From contig NMRA01000223.1 in the NCBI GenBank assembly GCA_002633005.1, positions 105,512-162,708 on the forward strand: 57,197 bases of DNA, read 5' to 3'. The notes beneath the pieces are model-generated. The model saw nothing but the letters and a program-made list of their open reading frames with translations. It did not search any database and had not been told where the DNA came from. This DNA comes from Phoronis australis (lineage: Eukaryota; Animalia; Phoronida). Of this stretch, positions 11,821 to 25,911 are shown piece by piece (the first letter of the stretch is position 1; each line of letters opens with the position of its first letter). Position numbers and translations under genes: made by a program.

Positions 11821-13695
11821 GTACGGTTTCGCAAGGTGTATCTCCACTAAAAATTATTTTGTTTAAAAGCTACATGTCGTATTACTAACTCATTGTGGGC
11901 TTCGTCAATGTGCTGTAGACTTTTGCTTTGCCTAAAAGCCATTGTAATAAGGCGCGGTTGAGAAATTTTTCAAACTTTTGATATACCGAGGCTTAGTTTT
12001 GCTGGCTCCGAACGTATTTTTCTGAAATCCTAAATGTTAGCAGATCTTTTTAATACGCCTTCTATGTTCTTGTTCGGCTCACGGTTATCGATAAAGTTTT
12101 TGATTGTCCGTGTTATAAATGACTCATCGTGCCATACCTCCGCCGTCAGGAGTTTAAGGTATTCAAATATTGTAACTGAAATGACAGTTTTATTTCCGTG
12201 TGCCTATTCTAAAGGTTAAACGACATCATCAACACTTTCACGGTGACTTTTATTAGTAATTTTCAGGGGACTTATATCACCGATTTGTCAAGAAAGCACC
12301 GTCGCTATTGGCAAAAGTGGTGCTCTCTGCATCAAGACAATACTATTTCTGAGAGTGGCTTCGGTTGTACCGTTGTTGGTGTTGTTGCAGCAGTCACCCC
12401 GTTATGTGTCTCTTCTCGGTCTGCAGGTCTTGGAAGTGCGTGTGCCTGAATGTTATCTTTGGTGTTAGCAGCTGGGCAGGTATACGTCGCCACGAGTGTC
12501 GACGTCAAAGTCTGCCTTCGAAACCGTCCAGGCGCAAATTTGTGCACTGTCTTGGATCCAGTGCCAACCTCTGGGTCCATGTCTGTCATCGTAGTCATCT
12601 TTGGCGTCTGTCTCATTTCTTTAGATGCTTTGCGATTAACTTTTTCTTACCATGCCGATTGTTAAGTTGGTGCAATGGAATACTCTCACGTATTTCAATT
12701 CGCAGTCAGAAAAGTTGTTACTGTACTTGGCGAAATGTCGCTTGCCATCTTTTTACTTTGCTTTGAAGTGTGTGTTCTTGTGTTTTTTGTTCACTCTACA
12801 TTGGTTCATTTCCTTCCGGATCAATACGAGAATTGCTCACCGCCTTTAATTTATGAATACCCCGATTTCTATGACTTTAAAAGGAGTTTGGTGATTCAAG
12901 ATACGTTGTTGTCGTTATGTAGACGACCGCTATCACTGTCATCAACGTAGTCGTCCACGCCATCCTCAAACATTCTCCATGAATCATTTTTGGTTGAGAT
13001 AGGCCGACTAAAGGAGCAAAGGCTTATAAAACTGGCTTTAGTCGTCAACTTACATGTATTAAGCAAAGCACGGATTAATTAATGAAAGAACATGTATCAT
13101 TAAACCGCAACGAAAATGTGAAAACATATTCTAGTATGTTCTTGTGGCTATCCACGCACAAAGTTTCAGAAAGACCCGTCGTAAGACGGCCGGGCTATGG
13201 TTTCGTTATTTTTTGTAAATGGCCATCATGAAAAACACTTTGAGTTTGATTTTAAAGAAGCAATTCTACTTTAAAATAAAGAGTCATTATTTGAAGTCCA
13301 CTATTTCAACCATCCCGTGCGGAACTTTCAAATTCACGTAGATTCTCTCAAACAATGGCAAACATGTATCTAATTCCGGAAAAAATGTGCAATTATAGTC
13401 GAGCTTTTGTCACAATGCATGTAATGTAACGTTTTGTCATAATTCACTCACTACCTAGCCGTTAGTAGAATATTCCTTAACGACTTTGAGTAGAACATTC
13501 TAATTTCCTCAAAGTGCGTGTTTCAGTTGCTACCTTTAAATCGTATTACACAACTTAAGAATTAAATGTTAAACCGTATTTGTAATAGCGGTAGTATGAC
13601 GTGAAAATTTTCACTTTACGAAGTTCTCCAACTTATTGTGAAATCATTTATGATTGATTCTATGATTAATCGACAGCAGCGCTATCTCGCTTCAG

Positions 13696-13983
13696 AACTG
13701 CCCAACTGCTTTAGCGGAATTGGTGAACCTGGAAATAAAGCAACATTGGGAGAATATGCCTACTTGAACCACAAGAGTAACACTCCTAAGAGATGCCAGG
13801 AGGCTTGTAGCAAAATGGAATACCCGTTTGCTGCCGTGTTTCGCATGTACAATTGCTGGTGCTTACCAAGTCCCTTTGGATTTCAGTTGATGCCTAAGCT
13901 GTTCTGTAATATGCCATGCCCCGGAAGCCTATTCGAGAAATGTGGTGGGATTTTTTTTGCCTGGGTTATGAAGTCAGCACCAG
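13696..13983 (+). CDS. host gene exon encoding a complete WSC domain
   Basis: Acceptor ctcgcttcAG, donor G|GTAGGT; 288 nt, phase 1-1. Eight Cys: NC...NTPKRCQEAC...FAAV...CWC...CNMPCPG...EKCGG. Confidence 0.88.
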
Positions 13984-15407
13984 GTAGGTTTTTGGTTAAT
14001 GAATAACACATGAGCAGCCTGAGTAAACAAAAATCTTGTCTGTAAATTGCGCTATTGCGGGATGGTGTTACAAGTAAGAGTGCAATAAATTTTACCCACT
14101 TTGTCCAAAAGACAAGAATGGATGGGGAACCAATTTGCAAAAAGTAAAAATAATTCTTGCCCAATGCACAGATTCAAGAATATTCGTGTCATCTAAGCAC
14201 TTAGTGGGACTTTTTTAACTACACTTGGTAGCTATTATTTCGGTTGCATTCGAGTTACTTGAGAAAGTAATAGTCTTTAAGCTTTGAACCATGTATGTAG
14301 GCGCTGTGTGCCGTGAAACTGATGAAGGTTTGCAAATGATTGTTAACATCTTGTCACAAGTTTTTTTTGTCAAATTTGGAGAAAATCAACTGGTCTACAC
14401 CTTGACGCTGGATAGTTGATGCCGCTTTAGACTAGTGTCGAGACAATTCTCACACTTTCTAATTCTAAGAACTTCTTTGAACATGTAGACGTGTTTGGGA
14501 ACATAACGTAGAATTGTCGTGAGGACTTGACAGGGACCTCAGGGTCTCACACTCCATTGATTTTCAAAACGCTTTGCCCAGTCACACGTTGTGTGTCATG
14601 AAAGATATAAGCATACCTGTAGCTGACGCAGGAATTAGAAATACTCTCGTTTATCACATTCGTGTAGACTCACAGTTGAACTGTGTTCTTCTGTTGACAA
14701 CAGACCACCCGGAGTTGCACCATATACCAACTCCGGACGGTCTCTCACGACGATTTAGCGTTATGAGACACGAACAGTACATATGCTCTGGATAATTTCA
14801 GTCACTTACATGTAGGTCACATTAATATTGAATGTTTTAGTTATCGGCAGTTGATATCCCAAACGCTGATTTGTGCGAAAATCGGTGATCTAGTCGAACT
14901 TTACTGTAGTATACTATTGCGTCCTATGATCCAAATGCACTAGCCTCTGACTCGATTTGTCATAGCGTTAATTTCTTGTATTTCTGCGGACAATTTTTGG
15001 AGTTGTAGTGTTCTTAAAAGTTATGAACACAGTCACCCGGTACACTATTGGTGTCCACCTCGATTGTATTTTTTTCTCAACCTATGCGTACATTTAAAAC
15101 TAGAAGATAATGGTTACTTGGTGACTTCGTGGATATATTGCTGGACTGAAAACCGGAAGGTATTAGGTTCGAGCGCCACTGGTCTCCACGAAATTTAATC
15201 GAAGTGCCTTCCACTGTTGTTGCAGATTCCGTGCTTGTTCTTTTAAGAAAGCTAGGAATTCTGAAGAGATATGATGGAAATGTCATGCCAATGAAAATAG
15301 ACCTGACGTTTGCATTAAAATGAGAAATGTAAAGTATTCAAAGATAACGTTTCTATGCCACAACGTTCTGCATGGACCACTGTAATTATTATCATTTGAT
15401 GCCTCAG

Positions 15408-15728
15408 TTGAGGACGTCACGTGTATAAAAGACCAACGCGGCGTAAACTTCAGAGGGAAGTTGTCAGTTACCGGGGAGTTCCAACAACCGTGCGCCCCAT
15501 GGTCACGTAGAATGGAAATAATCAGGACATATTCGAGAGGGTTTATTAGGCAGTATGGGTTCTTTCAAAGATGGCTGGATGGTTACGAAAAGATGAAACC
15601 AGAGGAGAGAAATAGTACCTACTGCAGAAATATTGATAACGACGAAAATGGGCCGTGGTGCTTTGCAAGTATCAAATACCACGGCACGCTGAAGAGGCAC
15701 TGCTACATTCCTATATGTCCCACTGAAG
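15408..15728 (+). CDS. host gene exon encoding kringle domain 1
   Basis: Acceptor tttgatgcctcAG, donor G|GTATTG; 321 nt, phase 1-1. Six Cys: TCIKDQRGVNFRGKLSVT...PCAPW...YCRNIDNDENGPWCF...HCYIPIC. Confidence 0.9.
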
Positions 15729-17395
15729 GTATTGTTCTTAGCAACCATTTTAGTTGACGATTTACCTAGAAAATAAAATATGTTGAAACTTGGCTATCCT
15801 TTGGTTGTAATGTCTCAAAAAGAAACTCCGCTGGTCTGTTGTTTCGTTTTATGAAATCAATACACGTGTTGCCTTTGCCAAACTTGACGCAGCGACCTTT
15901 AACGTTAATCAAAAACTCTTGAACAAGCTTTAAGTAGTTTTGAACAAACTTAAGGCTTTAAAACTTAAGTTCTTTCCAAAAATGTTTCAAATTACTTTTT
16001 ATAAAAAATTAAGTTTCTTGATCTTATTTTTTTTCAAAAAACTAACTTCTAAAAGCTTAAGCGCTGAAAACGTAATTTCAGAAAACTTATGTTTTAAAAA
16101 CTTAAGTTTTGAAAACGTAAGATTTGAAATTTTAAATTTGTTCCAAAAAACTCTTTTGAAAATACTTAACTTGATGAAAACACAAGTGTTTCAGGAATTT
16201 ATTTTTTTCATAAAATTAAGTATTTTGGAACAAGTTTATTGGAACAAACTTAAGTTATCAAAACTTAAGTTTTTGAAAAACTTTAAAGTTTATGTTATGT
16301 GAACTTGAGTTTTCAAGGAACTAACTTTCGAAAGCTGAAATTTTCCAAGAGGAATAAATTTCATTAAGACAGGCATTCAGGAAGTTTGATTCTCGCTAAA
16401 TTAAACAAAAGTGGAGTGCAATTATAAATTTAAGAATTTTGAGACATCATTTAACAAAAAAAGTTCTACTAGCATTTCAATTACATTGTTTAATTGAAGA
16501 AAATAAAATGCATTTCATCAAAATACACTAGGTCTTTATAATAAATGGGCATGGGTTAAATACAAGAACCCCCAAAACTAGAAACATTTCCACAAATCAG
16601 CTCATCAATTGTCATCAATACAATGCAGTGCAAAGCAAATCAGGCTAAGAATTTATGCATAAATGCATCGTTCTCAGTCTCTTAAAATATGTGAGAATTG
16701 AAGTATCAACATGGAATGTACAAACAGAGAAATCACTACCAACTCACGAAACACAACCAAAGAAAAGTGTCTACATGGTGATAAAGGACTGCGACAAAGG
16801 TATATGCTTCATCAGCACAGATGTTTTCTGCTTAAACTACAGCAAATACACCCCGATTAATCTATCGCTAATCATGCAAATTCCAAGAATATCCCATAAG
16901 AAAATAAAATAAAATAAGACGTAACAGTTAAGTGAAAGTTTATCGGCAATGGTAACAAATGTGATTTTGGAAGGACCTTTAGATTTCCCCACATTTTTTA
17001 AGCCAGGAAAAGTGCCTAGACTTACATATCACGGTTTTTAACTGTTCAAACTATGGATTAAAATAAAAAGTATCATTTTTGTTGATGATCAGATTAAATT
17101 CAGCACACTCCATTTTGCGAACAAGTTTCACTAAAATTAACCCCAAGTACAACCTGGTTATGCGAGATGAACATCAGAAAACTTAGATATTTGATAACAA
17201 AAATTTTCTTTTTCTATCAATTCAAAGCTTCTGAACTTAATTATATATCTACGCTACACCACCAGCCACTTAACCTTCTTTAGCTGCATTTGCTCTCTTA
17301 GATTTATAGACACATAATCCGTGTTTTGTGGCAAAAAACGCGCATTTCTGAGATCAGATTGCTGAATCCATAAGTTCGTGAGCTACAGTTCTTAA

Positions 17396-20300
17396 GAGTG
17401 AAGTACGGCTCACAGCAGGCAAAAATGCCCAGAGGGGTGATAAACCCAATGTCACCGATTTGAACCATACTATGCATTTTAGTTACCTTTGGCAAGATAA
17501 ACAAAACAGTAAAGTACAATCTCATTTTACCTTGTTTAAGGGGGAGAAATCAGGGAGCCTCTATTTTGGGGGTATGCCATGCAATAAACTCGCCGAGAAT
17601 GCCTTATTTGCACTGCAAAGTAAAAAAATATCGGCGCACGAGATCATTATTTTTTGTAATTTTTAAATAAAGGAAGTCTTAGGCTTTACAAAGATGTTAA
17701 ACAATACTCATTAACTCTGCCGCTAAGTTAAAAATTTCAGGCATAAATTATAGAGGGGTCAGAGGTTAACAAGGCATCGCAATATCGCCACATTTTGAGC
17801 CCGTATATCTCAGCTGGCACAACACTGATCAACACCAGACTTTTACACAAGACGTTTCTATCTTATTGCTGTTAATTAAGACAGTAAAATTTTCTGGCGC
17901 TTAGCATTTTTCAATACAGATTGCAACATTGCGACAACCAATACCGATACCTGTTTTGAACATTACAACACCAGTAAAGTGCATAGTTTTGATTCAAAAG
18001 TTGATTAATAATTATTTAGTTAACTGCCATTAAGTCGGGCGCCATTGTTTAAGGTATTTTTTCCTTTTTCATTAAAATTCCGTGTTTTTCGTGAACCCAG
18101 TGTCCAACAACAGATGTCACTTTAGTGGTGGCAAAATGGTTGATCCTGACTTGCTGTCTTATCTGCTAGTATGATGGAGTGTGATGAAGTGTATGGAACC
18201 TCAAAAGAATGTCCTCTGCACATGTGTGGAATCTTGATGCGGCATAAAGTGAGTATCAATTGACCGCACCTACAGACTGTACGGCAACTGATTTTGTCGA
18301 GAGTCGGACAATTTACAAATGCGTGTTCACCGGACCCGTGTCACGCCTGTATGACTGCGTCCAAGGCAAGGGCAAGACACCGGGCTCATCTTGGAATTCT
18401 GTGGAAACTATATAGACTCTGCAAACACCCATTTCATTAGTGGTAGCTCCCGTGCCAAGCCTGAAGTGGGGATGCTGGTTGAAATGTCTAAAGTCAACTT
18501 ACTTTCACAGGAACTCAACAATGTCAATGCATTTGTGTTCTTTCCTGTTGGATCTGGTGAGTACTACTACTGCTTTGTTGGAATTTGAGGTTCTCACGAT
18601 AGCATTGTGGCGGTAATAATCAGTTTTGTGGATACAAGATTCGAGAACCAGTTATCACCGCTAGAAACGACAAATGTTATTCTATTACAATACCCTGCAA
18701 TGCAAGTTACTGGTCCTCCTTTCAGGAAGATCACAAACTGTGTGACCATGCATGTACCACAAAAATGTAACAACAGAACTTGTTTTTGAACATGTAGTAT
18801 AGACAAAGCTTTTTATTTTACACACTGGTGAAATTTAGTTGTCCTATGCCAGCATCATTGTGAACAACTGATTAACAGTCTTGTGTTCCTAAGAGCAAAT
18901 CAATGATATACCTGCCCTGTCGCCGTTGTTGGAGTCTAGGCTAGCCTAGAGCTATTCAGTCCTCTAACTAGTAGCGTCTCGTGTTAGTTAGTCTGAGATT
19001 ATGTGCACCTAGTGACCTGTACTTGTTGCAAGCGGAAAATGCAATATCTCATTGACATTCACTTTTCAACAACCGATATTGTTGTTATACGTCTTCTTTT
19101 TAGTTCATTACAAGAAGTATTTTTCTATAGATATATTGATGAATACTTTAGTTATAGCATTATAAATTCCAATTTTAACTGACAACCTGCATGCCGGAAT
19201 TTTTTTTCACTTCAGCTGTCAGTGAATTATGTAATTCTGGAAATCATAGCGTGTCGTTATGTTTTATGAGTACCACTATGTTGACATTTGTTGTCTGGAT
19301 ATGATATTCATTTGATGTCCTAAGGAATCCAATCAAACTGGCAAAAATAAGTCTAGTACCCACAATGTTTTTTCTTGTTGTACATATGGTCGTTTAACGC
19401 ATACACTCCATGGGTCAAATGAATTATCTCAGCTAAAATCATTGGATCACTCAGCGGCGGTCACACCTCTGTAGTGACTGGGCTCTGCAAAGTTTTGAAA
19501 TAAGTGTATAATTCGAGAGGTTTACAACCTGCCTGTAATTTTTCAGAAAATAGAGCAACAAAGCAGACCCCGCAAAAACTGCACAAGCGATGAAGACGGA
19601 TGAGCAGTTTCGGGAGGAAGGTTGGTCGACATTACAACAGGATAAAGGTTTCTTTTCACGCTTGGCTGCCTTGAACCATGCTGGAAAATGGTCAAATGAG
19701 GGAGATAATGAACTTGACAGTCAGTGATGTCCAGTAATACTCCGGATTTCATCTTTGTTCGAACATTATACAATCTGTTGGGTTGTCTGAGTGATTTAAC
19801 CAGTTGTTATTGATGTGATATTGTAGAAACTGAGATAAATGCAAAATGCAATATAGCAACACTTGCTGTGATTTTGTCAGTAAAATTTAGGATGTTTAGT
19901 CACTGTTCTGGTTGAAACTTTGCTGTCCAATATAATTAAAGATGCTGGTATTTCAGTTTTCATCTTTCAAATTCATATTACACTCAGTCTCACTTTACTA
20001 AAAAGTGAAGCCTTGTTTGAGTGTTAACATATGTACAAGCTTAAGGAAAGGTAGTGACTTAGGGATACTTGAAGCAATTCACTGGCATTTAGATCAAAGA
20101 ACACTTTTACATATCTCGTTTTTCCATGCTACTTTGTACCACTTAAGTGGATGACCAGTGTTAAACCAGATTACAGTCACATTAAATATCATTTTGACTT
20201 TAATCTGTTCCAACATTGTTTTTGCAAAATGAGAGTTATTCGTACGGTATGTGATGATGAGTTAAGGGAGGTGCCGAAGTCACCTGTATTCTGAATTGTT

Positions 20301-20700
20301 AGCATCAGGAGTGTCATGTTTGAGCCAATTCACTGGTATTTAGATCTTGTAACACATTTAGACATCTCGTGTTTTCCATGGTATTTTGTATAAATTAACC
20401 AGGCAATGAGTGTTAAACCAGATTCTAGTAGCATTAAATGACAGTTTTTACTTTAAAGTAACACTGTATATGCAGACTGGGGAGTTACGTGCAACGTATG
20501 GGATGAGGAGGTACATGTAAGCGACATCACCTGTATTTTGAACAACTAACATAGGAGTCTCCTATTTGAGCCAGTCCATTAGCACTTAGATCAAATACCA
20601 CATTTAGATATATCTGATGTGATTTTGCCTTAGAAAGTTGGTAGTCTTGCTATTAAACCACATCGAAGACTTAGAAGTTAGAACCCAATGTGCATGAAGT
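17396..20700 (+). mobile_element. internally deleted DNA transposon relic, Sola3-like
   Basis: Begins TTAA|GAG exactly where copy 1 departs from copies 2 and 3. Protein relics: RQLILSRVGQF...RHRAHLGILWKLYRLCKHPFH (18273-18440), FPVGSG followed by a GTGAGT donor (~18556), and KADPAKTAQAMK...QQDKGFFSRLAA (19556-19680). Right end not found. Confidence 0.5.
20060..20620 (+). repeat. diverged tandem repeat, unit ~250 bp, ~2.3 copies
   Basis: CAATTCACTGG.ATTTAGATC...ACATTTAGA recurs near 20075, 20326 and 20572; GTGTTAAACCAGATT recurs at 20158 and 20410. Confidence 0.75.
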
Positions 20701-23589
20701 TATGTTTTGAACTGAGTTTAAAAGTTTATTTGCTGTATATTGTTTGTCTGCTGAGCTAATGACACAAAATGATCATGTATTTGGCTAACTTTTGCGTCAT
20801 GCATTTAGTCTGTGGCCACCGTTTAATCCTGCTTCACTACTCAGATAATCAAAACACTTTTTTCTACACAAGCTTGAGTACAAAAAACAGATGGTAAACT
20901 ACCATGATCTCATAATCTAGAGGAAACCATGCATACAACAAATTTAATGTGTTAGCAAAACTAGGACTTCAGGCTAACCAGGTAACGTAGTTTTGTTCAG
21001 TTTCTATGACAGTCTAACGAATATAATGACCAGACGATGAAACTGTTGGCGAAAGCGATGTACTACAATGCCAACTATTTTTAATGTTATGATCTTTTTC
21101 TTTGTTTACGTGGTTTGTTTAATAAGGTAATGGGCAACTCTGCACACTGGATAGCGCTTGTCGTATTCTAACTAGTAGTCTCCAGAGTGGGCCCTAAAAT
21201 GTCTCCTAACTCATGTTAAATGGACACTCAACAGATACAGCCAGGATCAGAATTGGACGTTTAATGTCACATTCATACTTTCGTGAAAACATTTTGAGAC
21301 TTTTAGGGAGAGCAAAAACGTTCTACATTGCCTTGAACAAATGACTACAAGAATCTGTGAGATTTTTTCATATTGTTTCATATTCATACCCTGATAAAAG
21401 CACCAGTTTTAATTAAACAATGAGACATATGGAGCTCTACCTGCCATATGGGTGTAGACAGCCCAATACTATCACTGGGGTGATTGTTTCGATGTCTATG
21501 TTTGTATGTCTAGTTCTTCCTAGTACTCCACCAAGTTAATAGAGACCCGAAAACAATGAGGAAATATTAGCAAACATAACAGTATGTTATGAATTTTTAA
21601 GAATCGAGACCGGCAGAGAATGTTATCCATGTAAAGATCAGGGGCGAATCCAGCATTTTGAGTGATGAGGGCCAAGGCATAGTATTAGCCAGGGTTTTGC
21701 CGTCAGAGAACCACACTCTCCAACTGCCAAATGGAATATGGGATATTTTAAGGTGGGGGAATGGCCACCTTGCACCCTGAAGATACTGTAATTGCTGTAA
21801 ATGTCGTGCGCCACCATGCTAGAATACAGTAATGAAAACTATTATCTCCTGTACAGTAAAAATAAAAATTGCTTCCTCCTGTACTCAGTCCAATTACGAA
21901 ACTGTCTGACATTTGCAAAGATATTAGATTGAGGTTCCAAGCAAGATTCTTGAGGGAAAAGAAACATGCCCCCTTACATGAGGAGATTATTCCAGTCAGT
22001 CCATATTCAACTCAATTCGCACACAGGTAAAGCTGCACCCAGGTTAATTATGACATTCATCATGACACTGAAAGATTTGTCTATAATCAATCCAATCAAT
22101 TTGAATTTTTTAAATGTAAACATCACAAACATCTGCGATATTCTAGCATTCCACAGCCCGGTAAAAATTCAAAATCATGGACTCTGCCCCTCACTCAGAG
22201 TTTCCTAATTTGCATTGAATAATTTCCTTCAATGATATTGGGCTTATTCAAGCTCTACTGGGCGTAACAATAGTTAACAGGTTGACTGGACATAATTCAC
22301 ATGGGTAGATTGTGACCTATTCCGGTGGTATTCCATTTAGGCTACTAGTAGCGGTATCTCTTTTCGTATCCAATGATCTAGACCGTCCCGACAAACCTGG
22401 GGAGTTTGTCAAAATAGTCGCCAACAAATTATCCAGATCAATCCAATAGTTACATAGGTGATTCCTTATTTTGCGAACCAGGCAAATGTAAATTGCAAAT
22501 TGTTGAGATTAAACGAAATGACATATGCAACCTGAGCCAAAATACCCAACTTGCGAAATGGTTACATTTTGGAAGCTCCGCCCCCTCGCATTGATGATCA
22601 CTAACACGACCTCAAAGACCACAGAAATTGAATACTAGTGTTATATGAACATTATGACATATGCATGGACCACAGACAATACATGTTAGAGCAAGCAGAT
22701 TAGATAACCTATACTCAAGTTACAACAATTTTTTCGAATTGAGTAAGTTATATATTGATCAGGTAAGTGTCTCATGGAGTGGAGGTGTATTTACATCGCT
22801 GTTGGTCACCGGATGTTCGCCTACATTAAAATTCGCGGAAACCTGCGATAATGTTTAACTGCAGTTAATTCCAACTGATTAAACTTGAGCTGCTTTATGG
22901 TTTGTATCTATAGAAATTTAAAGGAAACACATAAGACAACATTTTGTAAAATTGTGGGTGCTGTATAAGCGAGCAATATTTTTTGAAAAACTTGAGAAAA
23001 ATGCGAACAATGAAAATCAAATGTCAAACAACATAAAATTTTCAAAACCTGATGACGTAATTTTTGATCACATAGAAACTTTATAGTTTTCGAAAAACTT
23101 AATTTTGAAATACATGGAAATTTTAAACTCACTTCATAACTTAAGAAGACAGGAAAACTGAAATTTGAATTATTGGAGAAATTGAGTTTTGCGAATAACT
23201 TAAGAAATCATGAACTGAAGTTTTCACAAAAATTAAGTCATCACTTGAAACTTAAGTCTATTGTTGAATCTTAAATTTTACACTTGATTTTTGCCTGAAA
23301 AACGTAAAAGTTTACAAAAAAAAATAAATTTCTCTTAAGAACTTATTAATAAGTTTTTCCTCTAAACTTTAAGATATTTTAGCTTTCCGTGAAAAACTTA
23401 AGATTATTTTTGTGAGGGATACATGTAGGTGAGTTAAACATAGTCGAACATGCTTTATGAATACACAAACATTTTTGTCAGATATATTCTATCATTTTAA
23501 CGCTATTGGTTAAAAAATTCCAGGTCCATATGTTTGAGAAGTGTCGTGCTGTTTCATAACGGGTGTGATGGTCATTTTTTATTTTTCAG

Positions 23590-23610
23590 TGATAAAGTCA
23601 AGACCAAACG
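23590..23610 (+). CDS. candidate 21-nt micro-exon encoding a linker (VIKSRPN) between the two kringles
   Basis: Strong acceptor tttttttatttttcAG and donor G|GTGAGA. Phase 1-1, no stop, in unique sequence between foldback copies 1 and 2. Confidence 0.55.
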
Positions 23611-25421
23611 GTGAGAACACTCTTATATACAGTGGTTATTCATGGCTCTTGCTGTTAATCGAGTGGTTAGTTTTAATTCAGAAGTATGAGATTTTCACTT
23701 CAGTGGCAAAATCAGAGACATTGTTCAAAGGTATTTGCTAGCTAGTCATCTACAGTAAATGTAAATATCGATCGTGTGGCCGCCATGGTCCTGTTTGCCT
23801 TTTAGGCTATTTTCCTTAAAGGAAGGGTTTAATATTTGAACGGCGTCTGGAGACGTGTGTTCGGAGGTCCCACCAGTGAATCCAAGGTTTCAAACTGATC
23901 AATTTTTGTACGGCCTTTTTGTCGGCCACCAAGCTATCATTTTTTTGTAATGCTTTAATTATAGTGGCTGTTTTGCAACCCATATTTTGGAGGTTACTGG
24001 TCAGATTTAATTCTCGGTGTAATACATGCCATGTTAAACCTCACATACATATGTCTGTCTCGTATTCTGAAAACTGCATACAGAACGCACCAAAGTTATT
24101 ACAAGTTTCACGGATACCATTAGACTGTTAAATTTTCGCGTACCGTGCAGAAATTTCATTTGGAATAATGTTTGTATCTTGTTTGATATTTAGTGCATGC
24201 CTAACTTGTTTTGTCAAGGATAAACACCCTTACCAAAATAAACTTAAATTTCATCGAAAAAATTAAGTTTTTTGTCTGAAAAACTTAAGTTCTCTTTCTC
24301 GAAAACTTAAGTTTTTGGTGAAAACTTAAATATTTTGGAACGATTTTTTTGGAACGAACTTAAGTTTTCATAACTTAAGTTTTTCAAAAACTTAAGTTCT
24401 AAAAAAGTTTTAAAATCTTAAGTTCTTTCCAAAAAAACGTGTTTCAGTTTTGGAACAAGTTTTAGTAACAAACATAAGTCATCAAAACTAAGTTTCCAGG
24501 ACATAAATTTTGAAGGAACTTACTATTGAAAACTGAAGTTTTCCAAAGAAATAAGTTGAATGCGACAAGCATTTAAAATTTTAGATTTTCACTAAAACAA
24601 GAGTGGAGTACAGTAACAAACTTAATGATTCTCATACAAGATTTAACAAACTAGAGTTCTATTAACATTTCATTAACAGTGATTAATTGCAGAAAATAAA
24701 ATTCACTTCATATTATACACTAGTTCCTTAAAATAAGTGTTCATAGGTGAAATATTAAAATCTTGAAAACAAGAAACATTGAAAAAATTAGTTCATCAAA
24801 TGTCATGCATTCAAGGTAGTGAAAACTAAATGAGGCTAATAATATATTCATATCTGCATCGTTCTCAATCTATGACCATATGCAATAACTGAGGGATCAA
24901 AATGGAATGTACAAACAGAGAAATCTCTACCAATACATGAAACACAAACAAATAAAATGTTATTACATAGCCAGGACGGGCTACAACAAAAGTCAACGTT
25001 TCAACAGCACAGACCTGTTCAACTAAAATTACAGCAATGACACCAAGAATAACAAATCACTTATATGCAAAATCCAAGAATATCCGCAGAGACAAGAGCA
25101 TAACATAAAACGTAAAGGGTAAAAAGTTTATCGACAATGGCCATAGATCTCATTTTTGGGAAGTACAATCCTTATCCTAAAAATAGTGCCTACAGTCACC
25201 TATCGTGGTTTTCAACCTTTAAAATATCAATTTCAAAGTCAAAGTTTCGTTTTGTTGACAATCATAGTAACGGTAAATCCAATACACTTCATGGTGCGAA
25301 CAAGTTTCACTAAAGTAACCCCGGTTATACGAGATGGAAATTAAACAAGTTAGACCTTTGACCACAAAAATATTCGTTTTCCTTTAAATTAAAGCTACTG
25401 AACTTCATGCATATGTCTATA

Positions 25422-25911
25422 GGGCCTTTCCTACTAACATCGACGCGTCAATGTTTTTGGGACTTACTGTCAGTGTGAACGCTTAAACTTTGGTCCTGAA
25501 TGGAAGTTAACAGCTCCAGTTAATTTCGTACTAAACATGTGGATTTAGGTGCTTGGCGTCAACCCTGCGCTGCAGTATCAACGATCAACTTCGGACTTAT
25601 CGAAGTTATTGCCAGGGGCCACTGTTATCATCAACAATTGCATGGTAGTGATATGGCTAATAGTTGCTTATACCTTGCTCTAATAATCACGAATCGATTT
25701 AAAAATAAGTTTACGTCACTTAACATATGAAAATCTTCCCAAATTGTCACATCTTAGCGTGCAGTGCTACCTTGCGATACATTCGATCATGACACCTGCT
25801 GTTTACTTCGAAGTTCATTACCTTCCAAAGCCAGAATGAACAGTTCAGTTAACTTCGCAGTATTCGTCAAGGCTCCGCTCAGACAAGAGTTAAGTCAATG
25901 TGAAAGGACCC
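25422..25911. mobile_element. ~490-bp MITE with TA target duplication
   Basis: TA|GGGCCTTTC...GTGAAAGGACCC|TA. Absent at the equivalent site in copy 1 (~17250) and present in copy 3. Confidence 0.85.

Larger units (their letters stand above)
15920..23418 (+). mobile_element. foldback-type non-coding element, copy 1 (left terminus truncated; carries an insertion at 17396-~20700)
   Basis: AAAACTTAAGTTTT arrays at ~15920-16330 and ~23080-23410; right terminus ATTTTTGTGAGGG. 16330-17390 aligns to 24530-26050, and 20820-23418 aligns inverted to 33102-36790. Confidence 0.75.

Noticed and set aside
11900-13250. Possible DNA transposon relic with minus-strand ORF 12332-12616
   Set aside because: No matching TIR pair or diagnostic motif could be established by eye.
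14574-14795. Possible hAT dimerisation-domain relic (SIPVA...LN..LL)
   Set aside because: The ERxFS core is absent; too weak to call.
15940-16302. 120-aa Lys/Leu/Phe-rich ORF
   Set aside because: Translation of the AAAACTTAAGTTTT array.
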